Counted from the first letter of the stretch, positions 1 through 8,848 are shown. The stretch: DNA of 32,000 nucleotides from an uncultured Erysipelotrichaceae bacterium (GCA_942493105.1 OW818668.1:1200001-1232000); one strand, 5' to 3'. Program-made: numbers and translations. Notes: a model not told the origin generated them from the letters alone.

Positions 1-1
1 T

Positions 2-178
2 GTGGCTGAAGATAAACTAGAAATCGGTTTTGATAAGCGCGTTTTAAGTGTTGCGCATGTAACGCAAGCCATCTTGAAAAAATATGAAGTTTCAGATCTG
101 AAAATCATAGAGACGGATATTGAAAGCATTGTATCTCGAATTTATTTGGAAGGTAAGGTCAATGTTTCAAACGATTAG
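2..178 (+). CDS. 3' end of a gene entering from the left edge; probably the ATPase subunit of the downstream ABC-2 transporter (partial)
   Basis: Frame 2 is open from the window edge to TAG 176-178 (...ETDIESIVSRIYLEGKVNVSND*). Its end overlaps ATG 162 of the first permease, as in ATPase-permease-permease operons. Only 59 aa are visible, so the ATPase call is contextual. Confidence 0.4.
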   Translation: MAEDKLEIGFDKRVLSVAHVTQAILKKYEVSDLKIIETDIESIVSRIYLEGKVNVSND

Positions 179-980
179 ACCTTATTGGGCTTATGCGAAA
201 GCATCCTTTACAGTAGGCTTTGCATATCGTCTGCACATTTTGTTTTGGGTTTTGAGCGACTTGGTTCAAGTTGGGGTTTTATTGTTGATATGGATCGCAA
301 TCTATGGCAACAGTGATAGTGCATCGATGCAAGGATATACCTTATCGCAAATGATGATGTACAACTTGGTTATTTATATGACGGCTTCTTTTACCTACAT
401 GAAACCTTTGTTTGATTTGGCAGATGATCATTATGATGGAAAAGTTGCGATGAGTCTGATCAAACCAACCAAATATATCTATGAAGTTTTCTTTCGTAAC
501 TTAGGTAGTAACTTTGTAGGAAACATCATTATATCTTTACCCTTGATCATCATTTTGACTTTATTGAGTGTGAGTACGCAACATGGGGTCAGCTTTACCT
601 TAGGATCAAGCATACTCTATGTCATCAGTATCTTAATGGCCTTATTGATCAGTTTCTTTTCGAACTTTATCTTTGCGACCATGGTGTTTGTGACCGATGC
701 GACGTTTGGGATGATGCAACTCAATGAAGCCATCGTTCGTATCTTTTCTGGATCATTGATTCCATTAAGTTTCTTTCCGGGTTGGCTTAAGACCATTGCT
801 TATATTTTGCCTTATGCAAGTGTATATACAGTACCGACTTTGATCTTGATGAATCGCTACACTCCAAGTGAACTATGGATCAGTTTATTGACTCAATTGG
901 CTTGGGCAGTTGGATTGATCATCTCTTGTAATATACTTTGGGCTTTCATCATCAAAAAAATGAAAGTTCATGGGGGATGA
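162..980 (+). CDS. ABC-2 type transporter permease, subunit 1
   Basis: ORF track 120..980. I prefer ATG 162 (GGAAGG about 8 nt upstream; MFQTIRPYWAYAK...). It is a polytopic hydrophobic protein that resembles the paired COG4587/COG3694-type ABC-2 permeases. It is followed by a paralogous second permease. Confidence 0.7.
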   Translation: MFQTIRPYWAYAKASFTVGFAYRLHILFWVLSDLVQVGVLLLIWIAIYGNSDSASMQGYTLSQMMMYNLVIYMTASFTYMKPLFDLADDHYDGKVAMSLIKPTKYIYEVFFRNLGSNFVGNIIISLPLIIILTLLSVSTQHGVSFTLGSSILYVISILMALLISFFSNFIFATMVFVTDATFGMMQLNEAIVRIFSGSLIPLSFFPGWLKTIAYILPYASVYTVPTLILMNRYTPSELWISLLTQLAWAVGLIISCNILWAFIIKKMKVHGG

Positions 981-981
981 T

Positions 982-1770
982 ATGAAACGTTATTTTGATA
1001 TTTATCTTAAGTTTACAGCCCAGCATTTAAAACGGATGCTTCAATATCGATCAGATTTTTTGATTGGAGCAGGTTCATTTTTGTTTATGCAAGGATCAGG
1101 TCTCTTGTTTATGGTCCTTGTCTTTCAACAAATTCCTGATCTTAATGGTTGGACCTTAACTGAAATGATGTTTTTATATGGTTATTTTCAATTGCCAAGA
1201 GGACTTGATCATTTACTGACGGACAATATCTGGCTCATTCCACAAAAAGTTAGACGAGGAGAAATCGATCGTTATTTGCTTAGACCAATCAATCCTTTGT
1301 TTCAGCTGATCATCGAACGCTTTCAAATTGAGGCATTTGGAGAATTGATCGTAGGGATCGCATTGATGGTGATCACGATTCCTAAACTTGCGATTGAAGT
1401 TAATCTGATGAGTATCTCACTGGGTGTTTTATTTATTATCCTTGGTGCTTTGATTTATACTTCGATCAAACTGATTACAGCTTCAATTGGTTTTTGGGTC
1501 ATCAACTCTATGCCGATCATGACGACCATTTATAACATCGCAGATTTCTCAAAATATCCCACCACGATTTTCCCTAAAGTCATTCAATGGACGGTGACCT
1601 ATTTGATTCCGTTTGCGTTTGTATCTTTCTTACCCGCAACTGTTCTTCTTAATCGAACTGATAGTCCAAACATTCTGTTAGGATCCATCTTGGCAGTAAG
1701 CATCTTAACATTTAGTGCTTATCAACTTTGGGTCTTAGGTTTGAAGAGTTATCAAAGCGTAGGCAGTTGA
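982..1770 (+). CDS. ABC-2 type transporter permease, subunit 2
   Basis: ORF track 970..1770. ATG 982 lies 1 nt after the TGA of subunit 1 with GGGGGA just upstream (MKRYFDIYLKFTAQHLKRMLQYRSDF...). Polytopic membrane protein of the same family type as the preceding gene. Confidence 0.7.
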   Translation: MKRYFDIYLKFTAQHLKRMLQYRSDFLIGAGSFLFMQGSGLLFMVLVFQQIPDLNGWTLTEMMFLYGYFQLPRGLDHLLTDNIWLIPQKVRRGEIDRYLLRPINPLFQLIIERFQIEAFGELIVGIALMVITIPKLAIEVNLMSISLGVLFIILGALIYTSIKLITASIGFWVINSMPIMTTIYNIADFSKYPTTIFPKVIQWTVTYLIPFAFVSFLPATVLLNRTDSPNILLGSILAVSILTFSAYQLWVLGLKSYQSVGS

Positions 1771-1788
1771 TACTTAATGATTTAACTA

Positions 1789-1815
1789 GAAACCCAGATA
1801 AATCTGGGTTTTATG
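1789..1815 (+). terminator. Intrinsic terminator after the ABC-2 operon
   Basis: AACCCAGA (1791-1798) / TCTGGGTT (1803-1810) stem with a 4-nt loop, followed by a T-rich tract. Confidence 0.6.
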
Positions 1816-1927
1816 CTTTTATTAAATAATGAGTTGGTGCTATACTACTTGTATAGATGTGCAGTTGATAGTTTATATTCGTGATGTGATGTGATGGTGT
1901 TTGACAAGAAACCAAGGAGGAAGAGAA

Positions 1928-2332
1928 ATGTCAAAGCTAAGCATGATTGAAGGAATTGGACCGTCTTACGAAGTAAAATTAAAAGCGGCCGGAATCGGAT
2001 CTGTAGAAAAACTACTTGAGTTTTGTGCAGACAAAAAAGGCAGAAATGCTTTGGTTGAAAAAACCGGAATCAGTGATAAACTCATTTTGAAGTGGACAAA
2101 TCACGCTGATTTATTTAGAATCAAAGGCATTGCTGGACAGTTCGCTGAATTGCTGGAAGCTGCAGGTGTTGATACCGTAGTTGAATTGGCCAATCGTAAG
2201 CCGGAAAATTTATATAAGAAAATCGTTGAAGTGAACACTGAAAAGAATCTTGTAAATCGTATTCCTACTGAAAAAGACCTAAAGAAATGGGTTGAACAAG
2301 CAGCTAAATTACCTAGAGCTGTACACTATTAG
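1928..2332 (+). CDS. DUF4332-type helix-hairpin-helix protein (function unknown)
   Basis: ORF track 1901..2332. ATG 1928 follows AAGGAGGAAGAG. The sequence MSKLSMIEGIGPSYEVKLKAAGIGSVEKLL...IKGIAGQFAELLEAAGVDTVVELA has two HhH-like GIG/GIA motifs typical of DUF4332. Confidence 0.7.
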   Translation: MSKLSMIEGIGPSYEVKLKAAGIGSVEKLLEFCADKKGRNALVEKTGISDKLILKWTNHADLFRIKGIAGQFAELLEAAGVDTVVELANRKPENLYKKIVEVNTEKNLVNRIPTEKDLKKWVEQAAKLPRAVHY

Positions 2333-2347
2333 AATCAGGCAGTACCT

Positions 2348-2920
2348 GTGACACAATTTAACGACATATTAAGTCAACTTTCTGATCGAAAGGTTCTTAA
2401 GAATCTCGGCAAGACCGTTGAAGCCAAACCAGATCAAGTTAAACAACTTTTAGATTTAGGGATACCAACGTTGGTTTCAGCGCTCCAAAAGAACGCCAGT
2501 ACCCCAACTGGAGCCAAATCTTTAGCGAAAGCCTTGGATCAGCATCAAAAAGATCCCATGGAAGATTTAATGGGTTTCTTAGGTCAAGTCGATACTCAAG
2601 ACGGATCCAAGATCATTGGTCATATCTTAGGCGCAAAAACACAAACCGTACAGAAGAAATTAGGTGCTCAAACAGGACTCGACATGAATCAAGTCGCATC
2701 CCTAATGAGTATGTTGGCGCCCTTACTGATGAGCAGTTTAGGCAAGCAAAAAAGTAATCAAGGTGTCAGTGCTAATGGGTTAGGTGGTTTATTGGGAGGT
2801 TTGTTAGGCGGATCTGGACAAGATCTTGCTGGACTTGCTTCCAGTTTTCTAGATAGCGATAAAGATGGTGACATCATGGATGATGTAGGCAATCTCTTAA
2901 GCGGATTCTTAAAGAAATAA
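2348..2920 (+). CDS. DUF937-type protein (function unknown), Gly-rich with a C-terminal DxDxDG loop
   Basis: GTG start 15 nt after the DUF4332 gene. Contains ...DGSKIIGHILG..., GLGGLLGGLLGGSG and DSDKDGDIMDDV motifs, as I recall for DUF937. Confidence 0.65.
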   Translation: MTQFNDILSQLSDRKVLKNLGKTVEAKPDQVKQLLDLGIPTLVSALQKNASTPTGAKSLAKALDQHQKDPMEDLMGFLGQVDTQDGSKIIGHILGAKTQTVQKKLGAQTGLDMNQVASLMSMLAPLLMSSLGKQKSNQGVSANGLGGLLGGLLGGSGQDLAGLASSFLDSDKDGDIMDDVGNLLSGFLKK

Positions 2921-2924
2921 AGTT

Positions 2925-2951
2925 AAAACCGACAGTCATCTGTCGGTTTTA
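2925..2951 (+). terminator. Intrinsic terminator after the DUF937 gene
   Basis: ACCGACAG (2928-2935) / CTGTCGGT (2940-2947) stem with a 4-nt loop, flanked by an A-run and TTTT. Confidence 0.75.
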
Positions 2952-2998
2952 ATATGATGAAAAGACATGTAATAAAATGATAACTAATGAAAATGTCC

Positions 2999-3027
2999 TT
3001 GCATTTATTACATCTTTGGTTTAAACT
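2999..3027 (+). promoter_or_regulatory. Putative sigma-A promoter of the asnB T-box leader
   Basis: TTGCAT (2999-3004), 17-nt spacer, TAAACT (3022-3027). Confidence 0.4.
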
Positions 3028-3033
3028 ATAAAA

Positions 3034-3277
3034 AACGATGAATAGGATATGTGGATTTAAGCACTTCTGTCTAGCGAGTTGGAGATGGTGTAAGCCAACC
3101 TGAACCTTAAATTTGTAACCCCTATGAGTGTTGTGGTGAACTTGAAGTAGCCACTGCCGGGTGTTCCCGTTATAGAACTAGGGTTTGAGTGAACCTGAAA
3201 AAGAGACCTTTTGGTAAACAGGGTGGTACCGCGGAGCACAAACAGCCTTCGTCCCTACGGATAGGCTGTTTTTTTGT
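3034..3277 (+). promoter_or_regulatory. T-box riboswitch leader, Asn (AAC) specifier, with terminator
   Basis: Canonical T-box sequence GGTGGTACCGCG at 3222-3233. Stem I has a GATGA...GAG K-turn base (ATAGG 3042-3046 / CCTAT 3121-3125), ATTTAAG 3055-3061 / CTTAAAT 3106-3112, an AGCGA bulge at 3073-3077 and a GGTG distal loop. AAC (3117-3119) sits at the 3' end of the specifier loop. Terminator AACAGCCT 3241-3248 / AGGCTGTT 3263-3270 followed by a T7 run. Confidence 0.85.
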
Positions 3278-3294
3278 TCTCTGGAGGAAAAACC

Positions 3295-4872
3295 ATGTGT
3301 GGAATCTTGTTTGTAGAAGGACAGGCTGATCTTGATCAATTTAAATCCTCATTTATAAAAATTCAGCATCGCGGACCGGATATGAGCCGTATCTTAAGCA
3401 ATGACTTAGGAACCTTTGGCTTTCATCGCTTAGCGATCATGGATGTCACTGAACATGGGATGCAACCCTTTGTTGATCACGATACCATGGCCGTATGTAA
3501 TGGTGAGATCTACAATGAGAAAGCCATCAAAACGATGTTTCCATCATATCCCTTTCAAGGTCACAGTGACTGTGAAGTTTTGATCCCAATGTATGAAAAG
3601 TTAGGAATCGAGATGTGTCGTGCTTTAGACGCGGAATTCGCATTCGTACTGACAGATTTGAAGCATAAAAAAATCATTGCAGCTCGTGATCCAATTGGGA
3701 TAAGACCTTTGTTTTATGGATATCAAAAAGGATCTCGCAAAATCGCTTTTGCTTCTGAAGCTAAAGCCTTGGTGGACTTATGTGATGAGGTACAGCCATT
3801 TCCGATTGGGTCTGTATACGAGAATGGAAAGTTCATCTTATATCATGACATCACCAAAACAAACACTCAAAAAATAACAGATGAACAACACATCAAAACA
3901 TTGATCAAAGAAAAATTAACTTTAGGTGTTCAAAAAAGAATGATGTCGGATGTGCCTGTAGGCTATCTGTTAAGCGGAGGACTTGATTCTTCACTCGTAT
4001 GTGCTATCGCATCTCGAAGTTCAAATCAAGCCCTAACAACTTTTGCGATTGGGATGCAGGAAGATGCGATCGATTTAAAGTATGCTATGCAAGTAGCCAA
4101 GCACTTAAATACAGATCATCATGAAATCATCATGAGTGTTGATGAAGTCATAACTGCTTTGCCTGAAGTCATACGTATGCTTGAAACTTATGATATCACC
4201 ACCATCAGAGCTTCTTTAGGCATGTATCTGTTATGTAAAGGTATTCGAAAGTGTTCCAACATCAAAGTCTTATTGAGCGGTGAAATCAGTGATGAACTTT
4301 TTGGCTATAAATATACAGACTTTGCCCCAAGTGCCCAAGCCTTTCAAATCGAAAGTGAGAAACGTTTAAGAGAACTCTATCAATATGATGTCTTAAGAGC
4401 TGATCGTTGTATCGCCGCTTGGTCTTTAGAAGCCAGAGTTCCTTTTGGTGATTTAGATTTTGTTTCAACGGTTTTAGCCATCGATCCGCAACTGAAACTT
4501 AATACCCATAAGATGGGAAAGTATTGGTTACGTGCTGCTTTTGAAGAAGGAGATTATCTTCCTGCTTCAATATTATGGCGCGATAAAGCTGCTTTTTCTG
4601 ATGCGGTAGGACATTCAATGGTGGATGCTTTAAAGGCTAAAGCTGAAAGCTTATACAGTGATGAAGATTTTAAACAAGGCTGTTTACGTTACTTAGATTG
4701 TGTTCCTTTATCTAAAGAGGCTTTATGGTATAGAGATCTGTTTGAAAGCTTCTATCCCAATCAGAGTCATTGGTGTTCCGCTTATTGGATGCCTAATCCT
4801 AATTGGGATGGTTGTGCTGTCAGTGATCCTTCTGCCCGTGTCTTAAGCAATTATGGACTAAGCGGGACATAA
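3295..4872 (+). CDS. asnB: Asparagine synthetase B (glutamine-hydrolysing)
   Basis: ORF track 3274..4872. True start is ATG-TGT at 3295 (MCGILF, the Ntn class-II amidotransferase Cys2) after GGAGGA. Contains the SGGLDSS PP-loop motif. Length about 525 aa. Confidence 0.9.
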   Translation: MCGILFVEGQADLDQFKSSFIKIQHRGPDMSRILSNDLGTFGFHRLAIMDVTEHGMQPFVDHDTMAVCNGEIYNEKAIKTMFPSYPFQGHSDCEVLIPMYEKLGIEMCRALDAEFAFVLTDLKHKKIIAARDPIGIRPLFYGYQKGSRKIAFASEAKALVDLCDEVQPFPIGSVYENGKFILYHDITKTNTQKITDEQHIKTLIKEKLTLGVQKRMMSDVPVGYLLSGGLDSSLVCAIASRSSNQALTTFAIGMQEDAIDLKYAMQVAKHLNTDHHEIIMSVDEVITALPEVIRMLETYDITTIRASLGMYLLCKGIRKCSNIKVLLSGEISDELFGYKYTDFAPSAQAFQIESEKRLRELYQYDVLRADRCIAAWSLEARVPFGDLDFVSTVLAIDPQLKLNTHKMGKYWLRAAFEEGDYLPASILWRDKAAFSDAVGHSMVDALKAKAESLYSDEDFKQGCLRYLDCVPLSKEALWYRDLFESFYPNQSHWCSAYWMPNPNWDGCAVSDPSARVLSNYGLSGT

Positions 4873-4890
4873 ATCATGATTTATCCATTA

Positions 4891-4916
4891 AAAAAGGTCT
4901 CGATAGAGACCTTTGT
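4891..4916. terminator. Bidirectional intrinsic terminator between convergent asnB and the polyprenol-kinase-like gene
   Basis: GGTCTC (4896-4901) / GAGACC (4906-4911) with a GATA loop, an A5 run upstream and a T-run downstream. Confidence 0.7.
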
Positions 4917-4921
4917 GTTGA

Positions 4922-5572
4922 TTAGAAGATATATACAAAGTAAATCAAAGCAGTAATCAAGGGCACAAACAGATTATCAAGCCCATAGGGAGATATGGCT
5001 TCAATCAAGGTTGCTAAGACAGGGATAACGATCACCATTGACCAACTGAGAACAGGCGTCGTATATGACAAATAAGCAATCACAACGATCACAGAAACGA
5101 TCAACATGGCCACAGAACCTTCGATACTCTTTTTGCCTTGGAATATTGAAAAAGTGTGCTTACCAAAGAATTGTCCAATCACGGCTGCAAATCCATCACC
5201 ATAACCCATGACCAAGATCCCTAAACCACCAGCAACTCTCAACACGGGATCAAAGAAATAAAGATGGGTTAAAAACAAAACCGAAATCGCATAATAAACA
5301 GTCCCGATGTTTCTTTGTTTACTGTTAGAATTGATGGCTGGGATCCAGTTGAATATGGCATTTAAGGTATTGAAAACCACAAAGAAAATAGGCGCTGCCA
5401 TAACGACCCAATACGAACTCATGGTAAGCGAGGCAATGATCCACCAGTTTGAAACCATGATATGTGAAAAAGTCCGACTCATTTCATGAGGCAGTTTAGA
5501 CATCATTATCGATATAACAAGGATGATTCCGATATAGGCAAAACCTAAGCCTAAGCCAATCAGTTCAGACAT
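4922..5572 (-). CDS. CTP-transferase-1 family membrane protein (diacylglycerol/polyprenol/dolichol-kinase or CdsA-like)
   Basis: Polytopic membrane protein with GYGDGFAAVIGQFFGKH...KSIEGSVAM, the signature shared by the CdsA, dolichol-kinase and phytol-kinase families. Confidence 0.65.
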   Translation of the reverse strand: MSELIGLGLGFAYIGIILVISIMMSKLPHEMSRTFSHIMVSNWWIIASLTMSSYWVVMAAPIFFVVFNTLNAIFNWIPAINSNSKQRNIGTVYYAISVLFLTHLYFFDPVLRVAGGLGILVMGYGDGFAAVIGQFFGKHTFSIFQGKKSIEGSVAMLIVSVIVVIAYLSYTTPVLSWSMVIVIPVLATLIEAISPYGLDNLFVPLITALIYFVYIF

Positions 5573-5605
5573 GGTGGTCCCCTTAATATGCTTTCACATT
5601 ATAAT

Positions 5606-6400
5606 CTATGCTGAAGTTTCATGCAAGACTTGATAAATTGAGATATGAAACTGAGCAGTCACATTTAAATGTGACAATGACTTAACTTTAATGACTGCTT
5701 CTTTACTGGAAGTATGGACATAAGGCGTCATATCCAACAAATCACAGATGGAGTCTTGATCTAGAACCATTGTAAAACTGCATTCTTCTTCTAGGATACA
5801 CTTCAACTGTGACAGATTTGTGTCAGGAACAGGATTCTTCAAAACTTTCGTATAAAGTGCTTGCTTAAGCTCTAAGAGATGATCAGGATTAGGTCTGACT
5901 AGGATTAGAAATCGTTTGCATATTCGACCAACTTCATTTAAATCAATGGGTGAGAAAACAGACAATACAGCATCAGTATCTTGATCTGATAAAGGGGTCT
6001 TGGTGATGTTGGCCAACACATAATCCACTTTTTTATTGGATTTTGAAGCGATCTTAAGGGCTGCTTTGGATAAGTCGATTCCAATCACTGGTACACTTAA
6101 AGCTTCTTGGATCGCATTGGTATAGTTGCCTTCACCACATCCCAAATCCACAAGCGACGAAACTTTAAGATCTTTTATGAGCTCAATCAGTCTATTTTTT
6201 AAAGGGTCATAAAATCCTTGACTTAAAAAACGTGTTCTAGAAAGAACCATGGCTTCATCATCTCCATGACTTTTTGTCGAGGATCCAATCAAAAGATTGA
6301 CATAACCAGACTTTGCCTTATCATAAGCATGACCTTGCATACAGCAAAATCGCTTGGGTTCTTCTAGTAATTTGGTTTTACATATGGGGCAAATCAACAT
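5606..6400 (-). CDS. rlmA: 23S rRNA (guanine-N1)-methyltransferase RlmA
   Basis: N-terminal zinc ribbon CPICKTKL...CCMQGHAYDKAKSGYVNLL and SAM motif VDLGCGEGNY. Collinear with E. coli RlmA as I recall it. Confidence 0.85.
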   Translation of the reverse strand: MLICPICKTKLLEEPKRFCCMQGHAYDKAKSGYVNLLIGSSTKSHGDDEAMVLSRTRFLSQGFYDPLKNRLIELIKDLKVSSLVDLGCGEGNYTNAIQEALSVPVIGIDLSKAALKIASKSNKKVDYVLANITKTPLSDQDTDAVLSVFSPIDLNEVGRICKRFLILVRPNPDHLLELKQALYTKVLKNPVPDTNLSQLKCILEEECSFTMVLDQDSICDLLDMTPYVHTSSKEAVIKVKSLSHLNVTAQFHISIYQVLHETSA

Positions 6401-6418
6401 GTCCCTATTTTATCACAG

Positions 6419-6448
6419 ATGACAAAGGGTGTCTTCATACAGTATAAT
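6419..6448 (+). promoter_or_regulatory. Putative promoter of xth
   Basis: ATGACA (6419-6424), 18-nt spacer, TATAAT (6443-6448). An AAGGAG SD follows, before ATG 6468. Confidence 0.45.
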
Positions 6449-6467
6449 GACACAAGGAGTGTGTCCT

Positions 6468-7217
6468 ATGAAATTTGTATCTTGGAATGTCAATGGTTTA
6501 AGAGCCATCTATACAAAAGGTTTCCCTGAAATCTTCAAAGCATTCAATGCTGACTTTGTATGTCTGCAAGAGACTAAAATGCAAGAGGGTCAATTGGAAT
6601 ACAAGCCAGAAGGCTATCAGTCTTATTTTAATTCTGCCCTTAAGAAAGGGTATTCAGGAACAGCCATCTATACACGTCATACCCCACTCGCAGTATATCG
6701 CGGAATCGACATGGAAGAACATGACCAAGAAGGCCGTGTTTTAACTTTGGAGTATGAAAATTTCTATTTGATCAATGTGTATACACCCAATGCTCAAGAT
6801 GAATTGCGCAGATTGTCTTACCGTATGGTATGGGAAGATGAATTTAGATTATTTCTGATGCGTTTGGATCAGAAAAAAGGTGTGATCGTGTGTGGTGATT
6901 TAAATGTTGCCCATGAAGAAATCGACCTTAAGAATCCTAAAACCAATCATAATAGTCCAGGTTTTAGTGATCAAGAAAGAGAAAAAATGACCCGTTTATT
7001 AAAAAGTGGCTTTATTGATACCTTTAGAGCGCTATATCCTACCAAAGTTCAATACTCTTGGTGGAGTTATCGTATGAATGCCCGTGAAAAAGGGGTAGGC
7101 TGGAGAATTGATTATTTTATCATCTCTGAGCGTTTAAAACTGGCTTTAAAAGAAGCCAAGATTCATGATGATGTGTTTGGATCGGACCATTGTCCAGTCA
7201 GTATCGAGATCTTTTGA
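6468..7217 (+). CDS. xth: Exodeoxyribonuclease III (AP endonuclease)
   Basis: ORF track 6429..7217. ATG 6468 follows AAGGAG (MKFVSWNVNGLRA...). Contains CLQETK, GDLNVAH and SDHCPV motifs of the ExoIII/APE1 family. Confidence 0.9.
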   Translation: MKFVSWNVNGLRAIYTKGFPEIFKAFNADFVCLQETKMQEGQLEYKPEGYQSYFNSALKKGYSGTAIYTRHTPLAVYRGIDMEEHDQEGRVLTLEYENFYLINVYTPNAQDELRRLSYRMVWEDEFRLFLMRLDQKKGVIVCGDLNVAHEEIDLKNPKTNHNSPGFSDQEREKMTRLLKSGFIDTFRALYPTKVQYSWWSYRMNAREKGVGWRIDYFIISERLKLALKEAKIHDDVFGSDHCPVSIEIF

Positions 7218-8431
7218 TGCAAGACGAGAGCTATTTTGAATTAAGGATCAGTAACCAAGATCTAGAATCGATTAAGAAATCAGCAGCACCTAAAGGTCAT
7301 TATTGCCCCTACTTTTTAAAGTGTGGAGGCTGCCAGCTGCTTAATTGGGATTATGACAAACAATGCGAGTGGAAATCTAAACAGATGGAAGCGTTGTGTA
7401 ATGACATTCAATTAAGTCCAAAACCTTTCTTAAGAGCATCAGAAATTTTTGGTTATCGTCATAAGAATACGTATACGTTAAAGGCCTACAAGAATGAAAT
7501 ATTAGGCGGCTTTTATGCGATGAATTCTAAGAATCTGGTCACCATCAATCATTGTCTGATTCAGGATCAAAAAGCAGAGGCCATTTTCAATTCTTTGAAA
7601 GTGATCTTGAAACAGCAAAAACAACAAATCTATGAACCAGACTATGATGAAGGATATCTTAAACATATCGTCATCAGAGTTTCAAGTTTTACCCAGGAAA
7701 TCATGGTGATCTTGGTCAATGCATCCAGTGATTTCCCTGGACGTAAAAATGTCGTATCAGCACTTAGAAAAGCACATCCTGAAATAACATCCATCTATGA
7801 AAATACCAATCCTAAGCAAGGCCCTTATGTCTTATCCAATACCAATCATTTGTTGTATGGGAAAGAAACTTTGACTGAAGAGATTAGCGGATTTCAGTTT
7901 AAACTGGGTCCATCTTCGTTTTTTCAAGTGCATCCCAAACAAGCAGAGTTGATGTTTAAAGAAGCACTCTCACATCTGGATATCAGATCGAGTGACACAG
8001 TAGTTGATTTGTACAGTGGTGTAGGTGTCATGGCTTTAATGTGTGCTGCGAAAGCCAAATCAGTCATTGGGGTCGAAAGTAATCCTGTTGCGGTCAAATT
8101 TGCGATTGAAAATGCGAAATTGAATCAAATCGAAAACGTTAAATTCATCAAAAAAGATGTCGATGAATATATGAGTATGGCAGAAGGAGCTGATGTTGTG
8201 TTAATGGATCCACCTCGTGAAGGTGCATCCATGGTTTTCATCAATAAGCTCATCAAAATGAATCCTCGTCAAATCCTTTATATATCCTGTAATCCATTGA
8301 CTCAGATCCGAGATTTAAAACAATTGAGCCAACAATATAAAGTAACTTGGATCCAAGGCATTGATCTTTTCCCTCATACCAAACACATCGAATCTTTCGC
8401 CATCTTAGAAAAAAAGGCCTTTAGGCCTTAA
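7217..8431 (+). CDS. RNA (uracil-C5)-methyltransferase, RumB/RlmC-RlmCD (TrmA) family, Fe-S type
   Basis: ORF track 7190..8431. ATG 7217 overlaps the xth TGA (TGATG). Cys cluster CPYFLKCGGCQLL plus a later INHC. SAM fold VVDLYSGVGV, DPPREG and a C-terminal ISCNP motif. No obvious TRAM domain. Confidence 0.8.
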   Translation: MQDESYFELRISNQDLESIKKSAAPKGHYCPYFLKCGGCQLLNWDYDKQCEWKSKQMEALCNDIQLSPKPFLRASEIFGYRHKNTYTLKAYKNEILGGFYAMNSKNLVTINHCLIQDQKAEAIFNSLKVILKQQKQQIYEPDYDEGYLKHIVIRVSSFTQEIMVILVNASSDFPGRKNVVSALRKAHPEITSIYENTNPKQGPYVLSNTNHLLYGKETLTEEISGFQFKLGPSSFFQVHPKQAELMFKEALSHLDIRSSDTVVDLYSGVGVMALMCAAKAKSVIGVESNPVAVKFAIENAKLNQIENVKFIKKDVDEYMSMAEGADVVLMDPPREGASMVFINKLIKMNPRQILYISCNPLTQIRDLKQLSQQYKVTWIQGIDLFPHTKHIESFAILEKKAFRP

Positions 8432-8724
8432 TAATGATACTTTCTTTGTCTGGAATATTCATCACTTTTAAATCCAAGATAAAAAAGCAAGCTTGACGTT
8501 AAGATCAAGGCATCACTGACCAATATGATCAACAACAAGGAATCCTTCAAGATCTCATAGTCTGTATTCATCAGTAAAGGAAAAATCCATAAGAAATACA
8601 TGGAGGTTGGGGCATCATATATACCGGAGAGATTCAAATTAAACAAAGCAATCACATCCAATTGAAGCAAGACCGCAAAGGCCAATACCACAACTGCACT
8701 CAATAAGATCAAGAATCGTTTCAT
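8428..8724 (-). CDS. Small hypothetical membrane protein (98 aa, about 3 TM)
   Basis: GGAGGA lies 6-7 nt upstream of the ATG on the minus strand. Hydrophobic segments and a basic C-terminus. Its 3' end overlaps the methyltransferase stop by 4 nt (convergent). Confidence 0.5.
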   Translation of the reverse strand: MKRFLILLSAVVVLAFAVLLQLDVIALFNLNLSGIYDAPTSMYFLWIFPLLMNTDYEILKDSLLLIILVSDALILTSSLLFYLGFKSDEYSRQRKYHY

Positions 8725-8763
8725 AGGTGTCCTCCAAGTGCCTCTATCATATCATGAAAAAAC

Positions 8764-8798
8764 CTCACCAAAAGCACACGATCGTGTGCTTTTGTGAG
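8764..8798. repeat. Perfect 24-bp palindrome (8770-8793) with extended arms, in a divergent intergenic region
   Basis: AAAAGCACACGATCGTGTGCTTTT is self-complementary at all 12 pairs. Flanking CTCAC (8764-8768) / GTGAG (8794-8798) extend it with one bulged C. Confidence 0.8.
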
Positions 8799-8848
8799 AA
8801 TTTGATGAAGATTGATCAAACGATAAGCGAACGGAGGAACATCAGTCG

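Noticed and set aside
1881-1895. (GTGAT)x3 microsatellite upstream of the DUF4332 gene as a phase-variation tract
   Set aside because: There are only three units, which is too short for meaningful slipped-strand variation. It lies in a 5' untranslated region without a clear link to promoter spacing.
3057-3239. 60-aa minus-strand ORF from the ORF track
   Set aside because: It lies entirely inside the plus-strand T-box leader, whose conserved RNA elements explain the sequence. It has no SD and an implausible composition.
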